The notes under the pieces were generated by a model. It searched no databases. It saw only the letters and a program-made list of their open reading frames with translations, and was not told the DNA's origin. The position numbers were made by a program, and so were the translations under genes. Positions 62,469 through 64,000 of a stretch of 64,000 nucleotides of DNA are shown here, in pieces; position 1 is the first letter of the stretch, and every line of letters starts with the position of its first letter. Source of the stretch: Candidatus Sysuiplasmataceae archaeon (GTDB lineage: Archaea; Thermoplasmatota; Thermoplasmata; Sysuiplasmatales; Sysuiplasmataceae); contig JBJKPR010000011.1 of assembly GCA_046706185.1 (NCBI GenBank), positions 27,150 through 91,149 of the forward strand. Reading direction: 5' to 3'.

Positions 62469-64000
62469 ATGGTTGCTGCTGCCCTCCTGTTTTACCTGTT
62501 TCATTCTCTCGTCGTCCCCGGTCTGCAGTTCTCCTCCTCCCTGTACACAACAACAATAGTGCTCGTTACGCTCACCCTCTATTCTGTGCGTTACAATGTA
62601 ACCAGGTTCAGCTTCGACATCGCAGCAGCAGCGGCCATGGTCTCGATATTCCTATTCGGTATCGTCTCGGCGTACGTTGCGGACATGATGCTCAAGGGGG
62701 CCGTTTCTCCAGGTGTATACTACCTGTCAAGCCTGCTGTGGCATTCCTCAGCCATCGTCGCAGGTGTGTTGCTCATCGCATGCAGTGTGCTGAAAGTCTC
62801 AAGGAGGAGCATGACAGGAACAGCCATCACATCGACGATGGCCATCGTCATGCTTGTCACAGGCATTCTCGCATTGTGGTTCGAAATGGTCACCGCCGGA
62901 AAATCGCCTGCAGTTGCGGTGACCGCAGCATCTCTGGATGAAGATATCAAATTCGTCGGGCTGGTGGTTTCGCTGGCTGCTGCCGCTGTGCTTTTCAAAT
63001 ACAGTGAAAGGCTGTTCAGGCACAGCTTCTCCGGCCTTGTGCTCTTCTTCCTGCTCCAGGCATCTTCCATGGCCGTGGGACTCGTGCAGAACGGGGAGTA
63101 CACCCTCGGATGGTACCTTTCCATAATACTCTTCTCCCAGTCTTTCCTCTTCCCCATATGGGGCATGCTGAACGATTATTCAAGGTACCTGACAAGAAAC
63201 AACATGCTCAGCGCAACAATTGAAGATGCGGGAAGCTGGCTCCTGAAGAGCATGGTTTCCAACCGTGAGGGTCACAGCATACTCGGAGAGATTTCGCGCA
63301 ACTTCAGGAGGGGGGAGGCTTTCTCGTACGTTTCTGTCAACGGCACAGAGTGGCGGCTGGAGGACAGCAGCTCGTTTGGTGAGACAGGGCTCGGCCATCT
63401 GCCGTCAGCCATTACAATCGACCTGAGCAGGATGCCGATGGAAGAGCAGCTGTCTGTATTCGACGACGGGGAGCCAGGCATTCGGGCCAGTTCGCTTGCA
63501 AGTCAGCTGTCCTCGAATTTTCTTGTGGCAGTGTCGAGGATGCAGAAGGGGCAGCTGCGTCTCCTTGGGGTCAGGGAAAAGCAGAGAATTCTGTGGTTCA
63601 GGGAAGAAAGAAGGTTTCTCTTGCTGCTGTCAAGCATGTACGCAACCTCCGCTCTTGAGCGGCACATACTCGACAGAAGGGCCGAAACAGTCTCGCAGAT
63701 GCTTGCGATGGTACAGACCACACGCATACTCACAAGGCTTGAGGATGATGTGACGAAGACGTATGACGAGGTCGTCAGCGCCATGGTGGAGATGCTCGGA
63801 TATGAAAATGCAAGCCTCTGGCTTGTAGAGAGGGGCAGCTGGCTCAGGCCGATTGCGTGGAGGTTTCCGGATGTCGCAGGGGCGGCTTTTGACGCAGGCA
63901 GGTTGCTCAGCCAGGACAAAGGCATCATGGGAAGGGCGGCGAAGAGCATGAAGCCCGTATACGTCGGAGACACGAGGGCTGCAAACGACTACGTGAACCT
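62469..64000 (+). CDS. Membrane-bound sensor protein with polytopic N-terminal domain and GAF-like domain(s), 3' end outside the window
   Basis: This ORF is not in the supplied track because it runs off the window. The frame with codons at 62469, 62472... is open from 62280 to 64000. About 6-7 hydrophobic helices (MVAAALLFYLF..., IVLVTLTLY..., AAMVSIFLFGIV...) are followed by a GAF-like segment (VVSAMVEMLGYENASLWLVE...GIMGRAAKSMKPVYVGD). The start is uncertain (ATG 62469 or GTG 62454). Confidence 0.7.
   Translation, partial: MVAAALLFYLFHSLVVPGLQFSSSLYTTTIVLVTLTLYSVRYNVTRFSFDIAAAAAMVSIFLFGIVSAYVADMMLKGAVSPGVYYLSSLLWHSSAIVAGVLLIACSVLKVSRRSMTGTAITSTMAIVMLVTGILALWFEMVTAGKSPAVAVTAASLDEDIKFVGLVVSLAAAAVLFKYSERLFRHSFSGLVLFFLLQASSMAVGLVQNGEYTLGWYLSIILFSQSFLFPIWGMLNDYSRYLTRNNMLSATIEDAGSWLLKSMVSNREGHSILGEISRNFRRGEAFSYVSVNGTEWRLEDSSSFGETGLGHLPSAITIDLSRMPMEEQLSVFDDGEPGIRASSLASQLSSNFLVAVSRMQKGQLRLLGVREKQRILWFREERRFLLLLSSMYATSALERHILDRRAETVSQMLAMVQTTRILTRLEDDVTKTYDEVVSAMVEMLGYENASLWLVERGSWLRPIAWRFPDVAGAAFDAGRLLSQDKGIMGRAAKSMKPVYVGDTRAANDYVN

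Noticed and set aside
62363-62941. A 192-aa plus-strand ORF listed in the track.
   Set aside because: Its product is Cys/His/Arg/Pro-rich and implausible. A different frame, open from 62280 to the window end, encodes a convincing polytopic membrane plus GAF protein.
1-64000. A search by eye for CRISPR arrays, rRNA genes, additional tRNAs (T-loop GTTCRAATC on both strands in all intergenic gaps over 70 nt) and additional IS copies.
   Set aside because: I found no regularly spaced direct repeats, no rRNA-like stretch, and no further T-arm/acceptor combination beyond the tRNA-Asn at 17967..18038. A by-eye search is not exhaustive, so tRNAscan-SE, Infernal/Rfam and a repeat finder should be run.

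Overview
This looks like an archaeal chromosomal window. The evidence is Lrp/AsnC and TrmB regulators, a DUF835 sensor, a tricorn-factor-F1-like proline iminopeptidase, and TATA-like boxes about 25-35 nt upstream of many start codons. The lineage is probably Thermoplasmata-like and possibly acidophilic, because the surface proteins are charge-poor; that lineage call is inference only. Bases 1-22.5 kb carry housekeeping and regulatory genes. These include a 5'-truncated SDR, a split Cas4-like nuclease, a saccharopine-dehydrogenase-like gene, a 1364-aa multi-GAF/PAS/DUF835 sensor and a solo IS200/IS605-type tnpB. They also include a Dol-P-sugar synthase with a GtrA domain, an lrp-gatC-gatA-gatB operon, TrmB, a MetE-like protein and a proline iminopeptidase. 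I found a tRNA-Asn(GUU) at 17967..18038 that is hidden under spurious ORFs in the track and is transcribed divergently from lrp-gatCAB. Bases ~22.5-58.7 kb form a large glycosylation island. It holds 5 GT2 and 5 GT4 glycosyltransferases, three SDR epimerase/reductase-like genes and a sugar nucleotidyltransferase. It also holds an RfbH-like 3-dehydrase, a tyvelose-epimerase-like gene, an fdtA/fdtB-like pair with a FemAB-like acyltransferase, a Wzx-type flippase and a 1054-aa GT-C-like membrane protein. At its centre are two overlapping giant genes (1222 aa and ~2300 aa). Together they encode three copies of a ~1000-residue, N-x-S/T-dense, beta-helix-like surface module that I could not assign to a named family. 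This is the most interesting candidate in the window. The 3' end carries a REC-PAS-GAF hybrid histidine kinase and a membrane GAF sensor that runs off the window and is absent from the ORF track. I saw no CRISPR array and no rRNA. All family assignments come from motif recognition by eye and need profile searches to confirm.
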